Numbered from the stretch's first letter, positions 16,998 through 25,102 are shown. The stretch: DNA of 49,522 nucleotides from Blastocatellia bacterium (GCA_035275805.1 DATEMG010000417.1:1-49522); one strand, 5' to 3'. The notes: generated from the sequence alone by a model not told the origin. A program made the numbers and translations.

Positions 16998-18275
16998 ATG
17001 CTGTCTGACAAAATCAACAGATTGCCGATAAGTCGCGTAGACTCCCCTCCAATAAACTCGTTCGAAGAACAGAACGCCGTTATCTTGATTAACAAGCAAG
17101 GCAACATTCTGTCTTTCGAGCATTCCAGGCGCAATTCTGGCGCCGTGACAAACCGAGATCGCTCAGAGAGCTCAACCGCTCAACCCAGCAAACCCGTCAC
17201 TTACGGCCTCAAGAACGGTTCGGAGGAGGTTGAAGTGGAAAGACGGCGAGCGGAGCTTGCCGCCATGGCGCGCGCCGCTGAGGCCAGAGCGAAGGAGGCG
17301 GAAGAGAAGGCCCAACAGGCTGAGGGCAGGCTGGAACAAGAATTGAGGGAGCGGCTGCTTGCCGAGCAGCGACTCAGAGAGCTTGAAGAGGATCGCTTGC
17401 GAAAACTGCAGGCGGGGATACCGATAGAGGCTCCGCAGCCTCGCACGGCTTCATGGGCGCAGCCGGGGACGGAAGCGCGGATGAAAGAGGCCGAAACGCG
17501 AGCCAAAGAATCCCAGACATGGGCCAAAGGGGCTGAAACCGAAATCCAAAGCCTCAGGGGCAAGCTGGCGGAGTCCGAGCAGAAGAGAACCAAGGCAGAG
17601 GCCGTTGCGCGAGCCGCGAGCGATAAATCGCGTGAACTGGAATTGCAAGCCAATACCACCAGGGGTGCGTTGGCGGATGCGAATCGGAAGACGGCCGAGG
17701 CGGAGAACACCTCGCGGATCATGGAGGAGAAGGCCCGAGCAATGGAAATTCTTCTCGCCGAAGCGGAATCCGTCGGGCGCCAGGCCACGGAAAAATATCA
17801 AACCGTCGAAGCCGAATTGCAGTCCGAAGCTAAACATAGGGCTGCGGCCGAACATAAACTCCAAGAGTTTGAGGACGAATTGGGTTCCTATCTCGAACTA
17901 GACTGGTCGAAGGACGAACCTGATATGAGCCGGGCCGTCGTCGTGCGGCAGGGTGGCGGGACCGAGGGGGGCCCAGCCCAGTTCCATGCTCAGGTCGAGG
18001 CCGAGCGGAGGGCGCGCCGGGAGGCGGAGGAAGCTCGATCCACCCTCGAATTCAGAATTCGGGATATGGAAAAGTCGCTTCGCATCGCCGAGGAGAACAA
18101 CCGCCAGATCGCCGCGTTCAATTTGGCGAAATCCGCCGATGACGATCAGACGTACACCGTAAAGAAACGAAAAGGGTACAAATACGAATTCAAGTTCTTT
18201 GGCTACGGCATGGCGGTCGCGCTGCTGTTAGTCGCATTGACTGTGCTGATTGCGATGGTCTCCTTGCAGATGTGA
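16998..18275 (+). CDS. Tail-anchored coiled-coil protein (E/A/R/K-rich, single C-terminal TM helix)
   Basis: About 425 aa. The track start 16992 is TTG; the first ATG is 16998. Long heptad-like segments (RRRAELAAMARAAEARAKEAEEKAQQAEGRLEQELRERLLAEQRLRELEE...). The C-terminus FFGYGMAVALLLVALTVLIAMVSLQM is a TM anchor. I recognise no family. Confidence 0.6.
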   Translation: MLSDKINRLPISRVDSPPINSFEEQNAVILINKQGNILSFEHSRRNSGAVTNRDRSESSTAQPSKPVTYGLKNGSEEVEVERRRAELAAMARAAEARAKEAEEKAQQAEGRLEQELRERLLAEQRLRELEEDRLRKLQAGIPIEAPQPRTASWAQPGTEARMKEAETRAKESQTWAKGAETEIQSLRGKLAESEQKRTKAEAVARAASDKSRELELQANTTRGALADANRKTAEAENTSRIMEEKARAMEILLAEAESVGRQATEKYQTVEAELQSEAKHRAAAEHKLQEFEDELGSYLELDWSKDEPDMSRAVVVRQGGGTEGGPAQFHAQVEAERRARREAEEARSTLEFRIRDMEKSLRIAEENNRQIAAFNLAKSADDDQTYTVKKRKGYKYEFKFFGYGMAVALLLVALTVLIAMVSLQM

Positions 18276-18288
18276 AAGATGTAAACTC

Positions 18289-18828
18289 TTGACGCATTTG
18301 AGTAGACAAACGACCATTCTGGTCGTCGTTTTGACGCTATTACTTTCAGCCGTCGGGGCGTTTGCGCAGGAACGGGCGCAGGAACAACTTTCCCCGGAGA
18401 GGATGAAGGAATTGCGTAAATTCGACCCAGTAGACGTGGAGCCGGAAATCCGCGAGAGGGAGCCTAGGGGGAGAGAGGATGGGAGAAGGAGAACGCAATC
18501 CAGGCGAACCGCCGGGTCTCCCGCTTCATCGGCGCCATTGTCTGCCGCGGTCGATTCCGTTTTACCCACTCAGGCGAGTCCTGCCTCCAAAGCGCCTGCC
18601 TCCTCTCGGACGTCGCCTTCGCTGACGACTAACGGCGCGGTTGTTATCACACAATCCGAAGTGACGAAGACTCGGCCATCGGAGCCTACTGCGCCTGCCG
18701 CATCTGTAAATAACTCCGCCAACTCCGCGGGGGCGCCATTGACTCTCATGTTTTTCCTAATCGGCCTGATATTGCTTGCTCTGGTCGCCGTCGCGTTTAA
18801 GTTGAAGAAGGACCTGAGTAAGCTTTGA
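18289..18828 (+). CDS. Small bitopic protein (signal peptide, Ser/Pro/Ala-rich region, C-terminal TM helix)
   Basis: The start is uncertain; candidates are TTG 18250, 18289 or 18298, and there is no upstream ATG. TILVVVLTLLLSAVGAFAQE resembles a signal peptide. C-terminal LTLMFFLIGLILLALVAVAFKLKKDL is a TM helix plus a basic tail. Confidence 0.4.
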   Translation: MTHLSRQTTILVVVLTLLLSAVGAFAQERAQEQLSPERMKELRKFDPVDVEPEIREREPRGREDGRRRTQSRRTAGSPASSAPLSAAVDSVLPTQASPASKAPASSRTSPSLTTNGAVVITQSEVTKTRPSEPTAPAASVNNSANSAGAPLTLMFFLIGLILLALVAVAFKLKKDLSKL

Positions 18829-19656
18829 AGCGGCGCCTGATTTATGTAAAGAGTTCTTTGACAAGTCAGCCCCATTGCTTCGCAGTCTGAAATGGAGAGA
18901 GGAAACAGTAGCGCCCGATCAACCTGAGCTTGCGAGAACCAGCGGTTTTAGAGCAATCCCCCAATAGCAAAAGCATAGACTGTCAGGCGCGTTAAGCACG
19001 CGCATGCGTCCTGTGGTTAGGCGCCAGCGACAGCGTTGGTGAAGGCGCCGAGCGCCTTCACGCGCCACGCCTGAACGTATATAACCGGGCGCCTCGTTTT
19101 GAATCGCCTGGCGAACTGACTCCCAAGGCGCGAGTGGTCGATGGCGTGCGCAAATGGCTGCTATGCGCCGCGAAAGAGATTATCGATCAACTTCTTAGCA
19201 AAGAAGCCTGAAGCGAGCCCGAAAAACAAGTCTAAATATAAAGGACGATTTCTGGTTGGTCAGTTGATTGCTTTGGCGAAGATTTTTTTTCACTCTTTAC
19301 TTGATTAAATAGAAGTAGTAACTCATTTGATTAAATCGATATCCTAATTCATCTGTGAATAGGAGTGGTGGCTCATTTATAAATAACGGATTGGCCGGAA
19401 ACTTGGTATCCTATAGTGACAAGATCCCCCAGGGGAAAGGTCGAAGGCTGAGGATCGCGCTAATCTCTGTGGGTGTGGGACGATCATTAATCTTCTACCC
19501 AAAATCGCGCGGCGAGTGGCGCTTGGCTCGTTGACTTCCAAAAACAAAATATTATTATTGTTGAACCGATTGCGGTTCTAATAAGCTCCTACAAGCCCCG
19601 ACAAGCCCCAAATCCTCCACGTCACAATCGAGCCCCATTAGATAGCTCTGCGTTCG

Positions 19657-19963
19657 TTGCGGAAGGGCTCTGCCATGCGATTTGCATTTTTACGAATGGA
19701 GGGGAGCGTCATCAAGAGGCGCATGCCGGCCTATCCGCTCACGGTCAGAAGTATGAACGCTTATGGGAATGTCGAGGCGCGGATAGCCATTTCGGAAGCG
19801 GGGCAGGTCATCGAGGCGACGGCGATCAGCGGGCGCCCGGCGTTGCGTAGCGTGGCTGTGGACGCGGCGCGCGAGTGGGTTTACAAACCGATGACGCCAG
19901 AACGGCAGCCCCACGAAGGTAGAAACCGTCTTGACTTTCACCTTTGCCCCTGGTTCTCAATAA
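19657..19963 (+). pseudogene. TonB C-terminal domain remnant (N-terminally truncated and frameshifted)
   Basis: EGSVIKRRMPAYPLTVRSMNAYGNVEARIAISEAGQVIEATAISGRPALRSVAVDAAREWVYKP matches the TonB_C pattern. The expected ending QNGSPTKVETVLTFTF(APGSQ*) is present only in the +1 frame, with its stop at 19961-19963. An upstream in-frame TAG is present, and there is no TM or Pro-rich region. Confidence 0.55.
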
Positions 19964-19976
19964 CAAAAATTCAATC

Positions 19977-21182
19977 ATGCTGTCTTCAAGAATAAAATCT
20001 CGCTTTGAATGCGCGCGTGAAATCTTCACACTGCCACTCTCAGTCGGTTTCCTGCTTTGCGTCTTGTGCGCAATGACGTTGGGACAGGCGGCGCCATCAA
20101 ATCCGTCTGGCTCTTCCGGAGAACTCTTCGGCGGGATCGAGCTTAGCAATGAGGGAGTCAAGGTGATGGTGCTGCAATCCTATCCGCCTCAAACTGACGA
20201 GGATCCTGGCATCAAGGGTGTTTATTCAGAAATGATTCGTCTAAGGCTGGGGCGAACGAGCGACGGGGAATTCCCTCTGCAAGCGTCGGAGGACGCCGCC
20301 CAGGCGGTCTCGACGGCGCTCACGCGATTGCGGCAGCAATATAAAGTGCCGCTCGATCGAATCTACTTCATCGGAGCCAGCGCATTGGGCGCCGATCACC
20401 CCGATGATCTGGAAAGCGTCCTTCGCAATACCACAGGCTTGACGTTGAAATTCCTGGGCGCCGTGGAAGAGGTCCAACTGAGCATCGCCGGGACGATCCC
20501 GCGGACCGGAAAGGTCGCCGGCGCCGCAATCGATAACCGAAACACGTCAATGATGCTACACATCGGCAACGTCAACACGCAGGTCGGTTGTGAGATGCTC
20601 AAATACTCCGCGTCCGATTCGTCGCCGTCAATGGATTTCGTTGCGATGAACATCCCTCAGGGCGTGGTGAGTTATGCAAATGAAATCAGCAAAGCCATAG
20701 GACGCAAGAGTTCTTTGTACACCTTCACTCGACAGGTCAAAACTTCCGGCGCCTTGGCCTTTCGCCAGGCGCTGCGCAGAGAGATGGAGAATAAGCCCAC
20801 ATTGATGCACCGCAAACGAGTTTTCCTGACGGGCAATCTGGTTTGGGCGGTGGTGACGATGCTCTATCCCGAGGATAGACAACCTATGGTCTCCCTGACA
20901 TTCGACGACATCATACAGTTTGCGGAAAAGATTGCGCGCGACCCGAGAGAATTGGCCTTTCGTAAGCTCACCTTCATCCGTGACAGGAGAGTGCGTCAGG
21001 AAGTCGAACAGGAGTTCGAGGCGGTAAGAGCCACATTCAAACCCGAGGAGCTAATCGCCGGCGCGGAGATGCTCAAGGCCGCGGCGGAGGAACTCAAGTG
21101 GCAGGACAAGAAGATCATTTTTGCGAGGCGCGGGCATTTAGGTTGCATTTTGAGCTATACCCGTTTATTTACTGGCAAATAA
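19977..21182 (+). CDS. Exported ASKHA-fold protein, divergent Ppx/GppA- or GDA1/CD39-like, with degenerate phosphate-binding loops
   Basis: The start is set at ATG 19977 (MLSSRIKSRF...). Signal peptide: LSVGFLLCVLCAMTLGQAAP. Block order resembles Ppx/NTPDase: GGIELSNEGVKVMVL (phosphate-1 position), IYFIGASALG, TGLTLKFLGAVEEVQLSIAG, MMLHIGNVNTQVG (phosphate-2 position). The canonical Asp and Gly residues are replaced. Confidence 0.5.
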   Translation: MLSSRIKSRFECAREIFTLPLSVGFLLCVLCAMTLGQAAPSNPSGSSGELFGGIELSNEGVKVMVLQSYPPQTDEDPGIKGVYSEMIRLRLGRTSDGEFPLQASEDAAQAVSTALTRLRQQYKVPLDRIYFIGASALGADHPDDLESVLRNTTGLTLKFLGAVEEVQLSIAGTIPRTGKVAGAAIDNRNTSMMLHIGNVNTQVGCEMLKYSASDSSPSMDFVAMNIPQGVVSYANEISKAIGRKSSLYTFTRQVKTSGALAFRQALRREMENKPTLMHRKRVFLTGNLVWAVVTMLYPEDRQPMVSLTFDDIIQFAEKIARDPRELAFRKLTFIRDRRVRQEVEQEFEAVRATFKPEELIAGAEMLKAAAEELKWQDKKIIFARRGHLGCILSYTRLFTGK

Positions 21183-21307
21183 AGCTTCCTGGGAGCGCCC
21201 GGGCGACCCTGGATGCGTAGTCTCATAAGCGGCGCAGGCATCGACGCCTGCGCTACCAAGGGAGCCGGAAGAATTCTGCGGAGCGTTAAATGCAGGCGGA
21301 GCGTTAG

Positions 21308-23173
21308 ATGCAAGAAGACGTCATAAACGTGTTTTGCCTTTCACATGGCTTTAGCTTTCCGGTTCAGGGATCAAATCGGATAGTCATATGTAAGGAGAAT
21401 CATGTCTTAAGCTATAATTTCCCGCACTCAGGCAGATGGTTTTATTGCTGCCTGTGCCAGAAGTTTTGGGTCGCGCCCAAGGGAGATGACCGGCAAGACG
21501 CATACTCCAAACAATGCCCATCCTGCAACCTGATCAAAAAAGCCCGCTATTATTCATGCGACCAGTGTAACATCACAATGATTGACTCCCTGGGCGCGAT
21601 CAACCGTAAGGGAGTGCACATCACGCCTTGGGGGGCTCCGCATCCGCATTGTCCCGGATGTCGTCAGCTTCCAAAGTCCGTCCCTCAATCGCACGCCTGT
21701 CCTGAGTTAAACGGATTGCTTACCACGGCTCGCGCCCAATGCCCTTTCTGTGAAGGGCAAAAGGCGCCAGAAAGCGTGGTTGATGGAGAAGTATTGAGAG
21801 ACGAAGTTGAAACGCCGCGAGTTCGAAGCCTGGATGAACCTGCCACCCCTTCTATCGTCGTCCTGGAGGAGCTTGAAAGAAGGTCTTCCGAGATCAAGGC
21901 GCTCGAAGTCGAGGCCGAAGCGCGCGAAGCCAAAGCGCAGGAGAGATTGCGACAGGTCGAGGCCAGACTACGGCAGGAAATGGTACGGCGCTCAGAGGTG
22001 GAGCGGAAATCCCAGGAGATCGAAGATGATCTGAAGCGACAGCACGAAATCGACCAGGGCCGCATGGAATTTGTGAGAGCGGCGACGGAGGCCGCCGGGC
22101 GATTTGAGGAGGAGAGGAAAGCGCGCATCGCGGCTGAACACTCGAAAGCCGAGGCCGAAGCGAAACTGCGTGAGATGGACGTCAGCGCCTCCAAAGCTGA
22201 AGAGCGGCTCCGGCAGACCGACGCCGGGTTACAACAAGCCGACGCCAAATTAAAACAAGCCGAAGCCAAGTTAAAACAAGCCGAAGCCAAGTCGCAACAA
22301 ACCGAAGCCCAGTTACAACAAACTGAAACCCAGTTACAACAAACCGAAGCCGGATTAAAACAAGCCGAAGCCGGATTAAAACAAGCCGAAGCCGGGTTAC
22401 AACAAGCCCAAGCCAAGTTACAACAAACCGAAGCCGGGTTACAACGAGAGGCCTCGAAGCGATCTCTGGCCGAAGAGAGGGCAAATGAGATCGAGATTCG
22501 ACTCGCCGCCGATAACGCCAAAGTCGTGTCCGAAGCTGAGGCGAAAATCCAGGGAGTCAGAGCGGAGGCGCGGCGAATTGAAGAGAATTACAAGGCCGAA
22601 ATCGGCTGGATCAGGGACGAACTGGAAATGCTGACGGAATCGGCGAAGCTGGCCGAGGAGAATCACATCGCCGAGATTGCCAGAATCACGGCTGAGGCCG
22701 AGGCCCGGACACAGCAAGTCGAGGCGAATACACGCCAGCAATACCAAATCAAAGTCGAACAGGCGATAGCCAACACTCAGGCCGCGTTGTTCAATCTCGA
22801 GGAAACGCAGAGAGTATTGGATGAGACAGAAGCCCGGCGCCAGGAGATTGAAGCCAAAGCGCGCCAGGTCGAAAACCTTTGCCGCCGCTTATTTCTGATC
22901 TCGAAACTGAGTTTTACCTCCGCAGAACAGATCATTGCAGAAACTCTCGGCGCCGGCGATGAAAATGAGAAAGACGCCCTGGTAATCCCCCTCGAACTTG
23001 CGACAGACACATACTCGGACGACTTCTCTTCCGAGGCGCCGGCGTCAGCCGCAAATGGTTCGCTGGATTACGAAAATTACCAGTTTTCAGCCAGGATGAA
23101 AGCCTTGTTCGAGGCTGCGGCGCGCGTGAACGCAACCGACGACAAGGGTGGCAGAGCGGATAGTGGGGAGTAA
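21308..23173 (+). CDS. Cys-rich (multi zinc-ribbon-like) N-terminal domain fused to a long coiled coil
   Basis: 621 aa. The first ~150 aa contain five CxxC pairs (CCLC, CPSC, CDQC, CPGC, CPFC). The remainder is E/A/Q/K/R coiled coil, including 11 heptads of the type QAEAKLK / QTEAGLQ. Confidence 0.7.
   Translation: MQEDVINVFCLSHGFSFPVQGSNRIVICKENHVLSYNFPHSGRWFYCCLCQKFWVAPKGDDRQDAYSKQCPSCNLIKKARYYSCDQCNITMIDSLGAINRKGVHITPWGAPHPHCPGCRQLPKSVPQSHACPELNGLLTTARAQCPFCEGQKAPESVVDGEVLRDEVETPRVRSLDEPATPSIVVLEELERRSSEIKALEVEAEAREAKAQERLRQVEARLRQEMVRRSEVERKSQEIEDDLKRQHEIDQGRMEFVRAATEAAGRFEEERKARIAAEHSKAEAEAKLREMDVSASKAEERLRQTDAGLQQADAKLKQAEAKLKQAEAKSQQTEAQLQQTETQLQQTEAGLKQAEAGLKQAEAGLQQAQAKLQQTEAGLQREASKRSLAEERANEIEIRLAADNAKVVSEAEAKIQGVRAEARRIEENYKAEIGWIRDELEMLTESAKLAEENHIAEIARITAEAEARTQQVEANTRQQYQIKVEQAIANTQAALFNLEETQRVLDETEARRQEIEAKARQVENLCRRLFLISKLSFTSAEQIIAETLGAGDENEKDALVIPLELATDTYSDDFSSEAPASAANGSLDYENYQFSARMKALFEAAARVNATDDKGGRADSGE
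22214..22444 (+). repeat. 11 x 21-nt in-frame tandem repeat (one coiled-coil heptad per unit)
   Basis: Consecutive units of the type CAAGCCGAAGCCAAGTTAAAA run from 22214 to 22444. They encode Q[AT][ED]A[KGQ]L[KQ]. Confidence 0.9.
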
Positions 23174-23174
23174 A

Positions 23175-23271
23175 GAATGCGGAATGCGGAATATTGATTC
23201 CGCATCTGCTGACTGGAACTGCAATTGAAATCTTCCGCATTCCGCATTCCGCATTCCGCATTCCGCATTCC
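23175..23271. repeat. Heptamer-based hairpin: (GAATGCG)x2 ... (CGCATTC)x5
   Basis: GAATGCGGAATGCGGAAT occupies 23175-23192. A local hairpin GCGGAAT-ATTG-ATTCCGC lies at 23186-23203. Five tandem CGCATTC units span 23233-23271. The element starts 2 nt after the stop of the 21308 gene. Confidence 0.8.
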
Positions 23272-23341
23272 CTTCTCCCCATTCCTTGTGATAATGTGAA
23301 CAGGTATTCAGGACTCTACCTTTTGGGGGGTACCATTAAAT

Positions 23342-24217
23342 ATGTTTTCTCAATCCCTTAAACACGCTTCTTCCACTCCTTCTCTCAACTCATCAACATG
23401 TCAGGTCGATTTGTCACGACGATCGTTTCGGTCGGTTTCGGATTTCGGGAAAGCGAAGCGGGACGGCCGGAAGATTTCGATGCTTAGCGTCTACGACGCG
23501 GTTTTCGCCAAGCTGGCAGTCGATGCCGGCGTGAACACTCTCCTCATAGGTGACAGTGTGGCGATGGCGCTCTACGGGTTCGAGAGCACGATTCACGCCA
23601 CGGTCGAGATGATCGCCGCTCACGTCGGGGCTGTTCGCCGGGCCTGTCCAGGCGCCTTTCTAGTCGCCGATCTTCCCTTCGGCTCGTATCGCAGAGGGTT
23701 GAAGACCGCCATGAAGGCAGTCGAGGCGATGGCTCGCGCGGGGGCGAGCGCGGTAAAGCTCGAAGGTGTCGCGGGAAATGAAAAGATCATCTCCCACATC
23801 ATTGAATCGGGCATTCCCGTCATGGGCCACATCGGATTGACGCCGCAATCCGTGCTCGCGCTCGGAGGGTATAAAGTACAGGGAGGAACTGAAGAGGGAG
23901 CGGCCCGGCTTATCGAAGACGCCAAGAAGCTTGAAGACCTTGGAGCTTTTTCTCTCGTCTTGGAATGCGTCAGCCGTAGCCTGGGTTCTCGCATATCCTC
24001 CCATCTGTCCATACCGGTTATAGGAATCGGCGCCGGCGTGGAGGTCGACGGGCAGGTGCTTGTGGCGTCCGATCTCTTAGGCCTGTCGCCGGGCCGCTCT
24101 CCCCGCTTTGTCCGCAGATATCTTGACGGCGCCACGATGGTGGCGAATGCCTTCGAGGAATTTTGTCGACAGGTCGGCCAAACGCAATACCCGAGCGAGT
24201 CGGAGAGCTACGATTGA
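23342..24217 (+). CDS. panB: 3-methyl-2-oxobutanoate hydroxymethyltransferase (ketopantoate hydroxymethyltransferase)
   Basis: KISMLSVYDAVFAKLAVDAGVNTLLIGDSVAMALYGFESTIHATVEMIAAHVGAVRR...FLVADLPFGSY...AVKLEG...IPVMGHIGLTPQS is a canonical PanB sequence. Confidence 0.9.
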   Translation: MFSQSLKHASSTPSLNSSTCQVDLSRRSFRSVSDFGKAKRDGRKISMLSVYDAVFAKLAVDAGVNTLLIGDSVAMALYGFESTIHATVEMIAAHVGAVRRACPGAFLVADLPFGSYRRGLKTAMKAVEAMARAGASAVKLEGVAGNEKIISHIIESGIPVMGHIGLTPQSVLALGGYKVQGGTEEGAARLIEDAKKLEDLGAFSLVLECVSRSLGSRISSHLSIPVIGIGAGVEVDGQVLVASDLLGLSPGRSPRFVRRYLDGATMVANAFEEFCRQVGQTQYPSESESYD

Positions 24218-25006
24218 ATGGATATGACAATGCAGGAATCACAACCCGAGATTCCATTGAATCATCCAAGGCGGATTTCTCTTCTGACCAGGGCCAGGCT
24301 CACCGAAGGGACTCGACAAGGAATTACGTCTCTTGACGGCCTCATCGCCCACGGAAGAGGTGAGGCGTTCGACTACCTCCTCGGAGAAAAAACGCGCGAT
24401 TTCGCTGCGCGGGCGATCTCAGCGGCGGCGGCTCTTTTTCTCGTCGCACGGCGTCCAGTGATTTCGGTGAACGGGAACGCGGCGGCTCTGGTCCCGCGAG
24501 AGTTGGCGGCCCTCTCGAAGCTTCTCGGTTCTCCGCTGGAAGTGAATCTCTTTCATGCGAGCCGGGAGCGCGAAGACCGAATACGCAACCAGCTTCTTTC
24601 GCACGGCGCAGCTCAGGTCCTTTTGCCGCAGCAGGAATTCGTTCTTCCTTACCTTGAGTCCAATCGGCGATTCGTGAACGGTCAGGGAATTTACCGAGCC
24701 GACGTGGTCTTTGTCCCGCTCGAAGACGGCGACCGCTGTGAAGCGCTCATTCGATCCGGACGAAAAGTCGTCACAATCGACTTGAACCCTTTATCCAGAA
24801 CCTCGAGGAAGGCTTCGATCACGATCGTCGATAATATTATCCGCGCGCTGCCGCTTCTCGTGGATCGTGTGACGACGCTCGCCTCGGAACCGAACTCGGC
24901 CCTGAATAATTTACTTGAGAATTATGACAACGGCCTGGCTCTTCGCGAAGCCGAGGCGACCTTGAGAGGGGTAGTTCAGGTCGCGGGCGACGATAAGAAA
25001 CCATAA
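24218..25006 (+). CDS. Archaeal-type phosphopantothenate synthetase homologue (4-phosphopantoate--beta-alanine ligase, DUF137/COG1701 family)
   Basis: HPRRISLLTRARLTEG...GLIAHGRGEAFDYLLGEKT...PVISVNGNAAALVP...EVNLFH...VFVPLEDGDRCEAL...VVTIDLNPLSRTSRKASITIVDNIIRALP matches the conserved blocks of archaeal PPS as I remember them. Its ATG directly follows the panB TGA. Confidence 0.75.
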   Translation: MDMTMQESQPEIPLNHPRRISLLTRARLTEGTRQGITSLDGLIAHGRGEAFDYLLGEKTRDFAARAISAAAALFLVARRPVISVNGNAAALVPRELAALSKLLGSPLEVNLFHASREREDRIRNQLLSHGAAQVLLPQQEFVLPYLESNRRFVNGQGIYRADVVFVPLEDGDRCEALIRSGRKVVTIDLNPLSRTSRKASITIVDNIIRALPLLVDRVTTLASEPNSALNNLLENYDNGLALREAEATLRGVVQVAGDDKKP

Positions 25007-25012
25007 AATGCG

Positions 25013-25102
25013 TGGTTCGTAGTCCCGCCTTCAGGCGGAAGCGTCAGCCGCAGACCCATTTCGCGATGCCTAACGCTTCCGCCTGAAGGCGGGACTACGA
25101 AC
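25013..25102. repeat. Perfect 31-nt inverted repeat (GGTTCGTAGTCCCGCCTTCAGGCGGAAGCGT), 28-nt spacer
   Basis: 25013-25043 is exactly complementary to 25072-25102. Each arm contains its own mini-hairpin CCGCCTTCAGGCGG. The element fills almost the entire PPS-coaX intergenic gap. Confidence 0.9.

Noticed and set aside
18990-19213. A 71-codon open frame ending ..ARVVDGVRKWLLCAAKEIIDQLLSKEA-stop, without an ATG start.
   Set aside because: There is no start codon with an RBS and I recognise no family. It may be another gene remnant, but I cannot support that from sequence alone.
23175-23271. Possibility that the short tandem repeats (here and at 4519, 30990, 43786, 46198) are CRISPR arrays.
   Set aside because: The units are 7-14 nt and contiguous, with no 25-40 nt unique spacers. 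The arrays are self-complementary hairpins. No cas genes lie in the window.
22932-23282. ORFs encoding MRNAECGMRNAE.. (22932..23282 -, 23077..23268 -), LRLCAFAR.. (30830..31057 -, 31035..31337 -, 46049..46315 -, 46116..46304 -) and SSILDPPSSIL.. (4373..4612 -, 4488..4706 -, 4512..4700 +).
   Set aside because: These are translations of the heptamer, octamer and 14-mer hairpin repeats, not genes.
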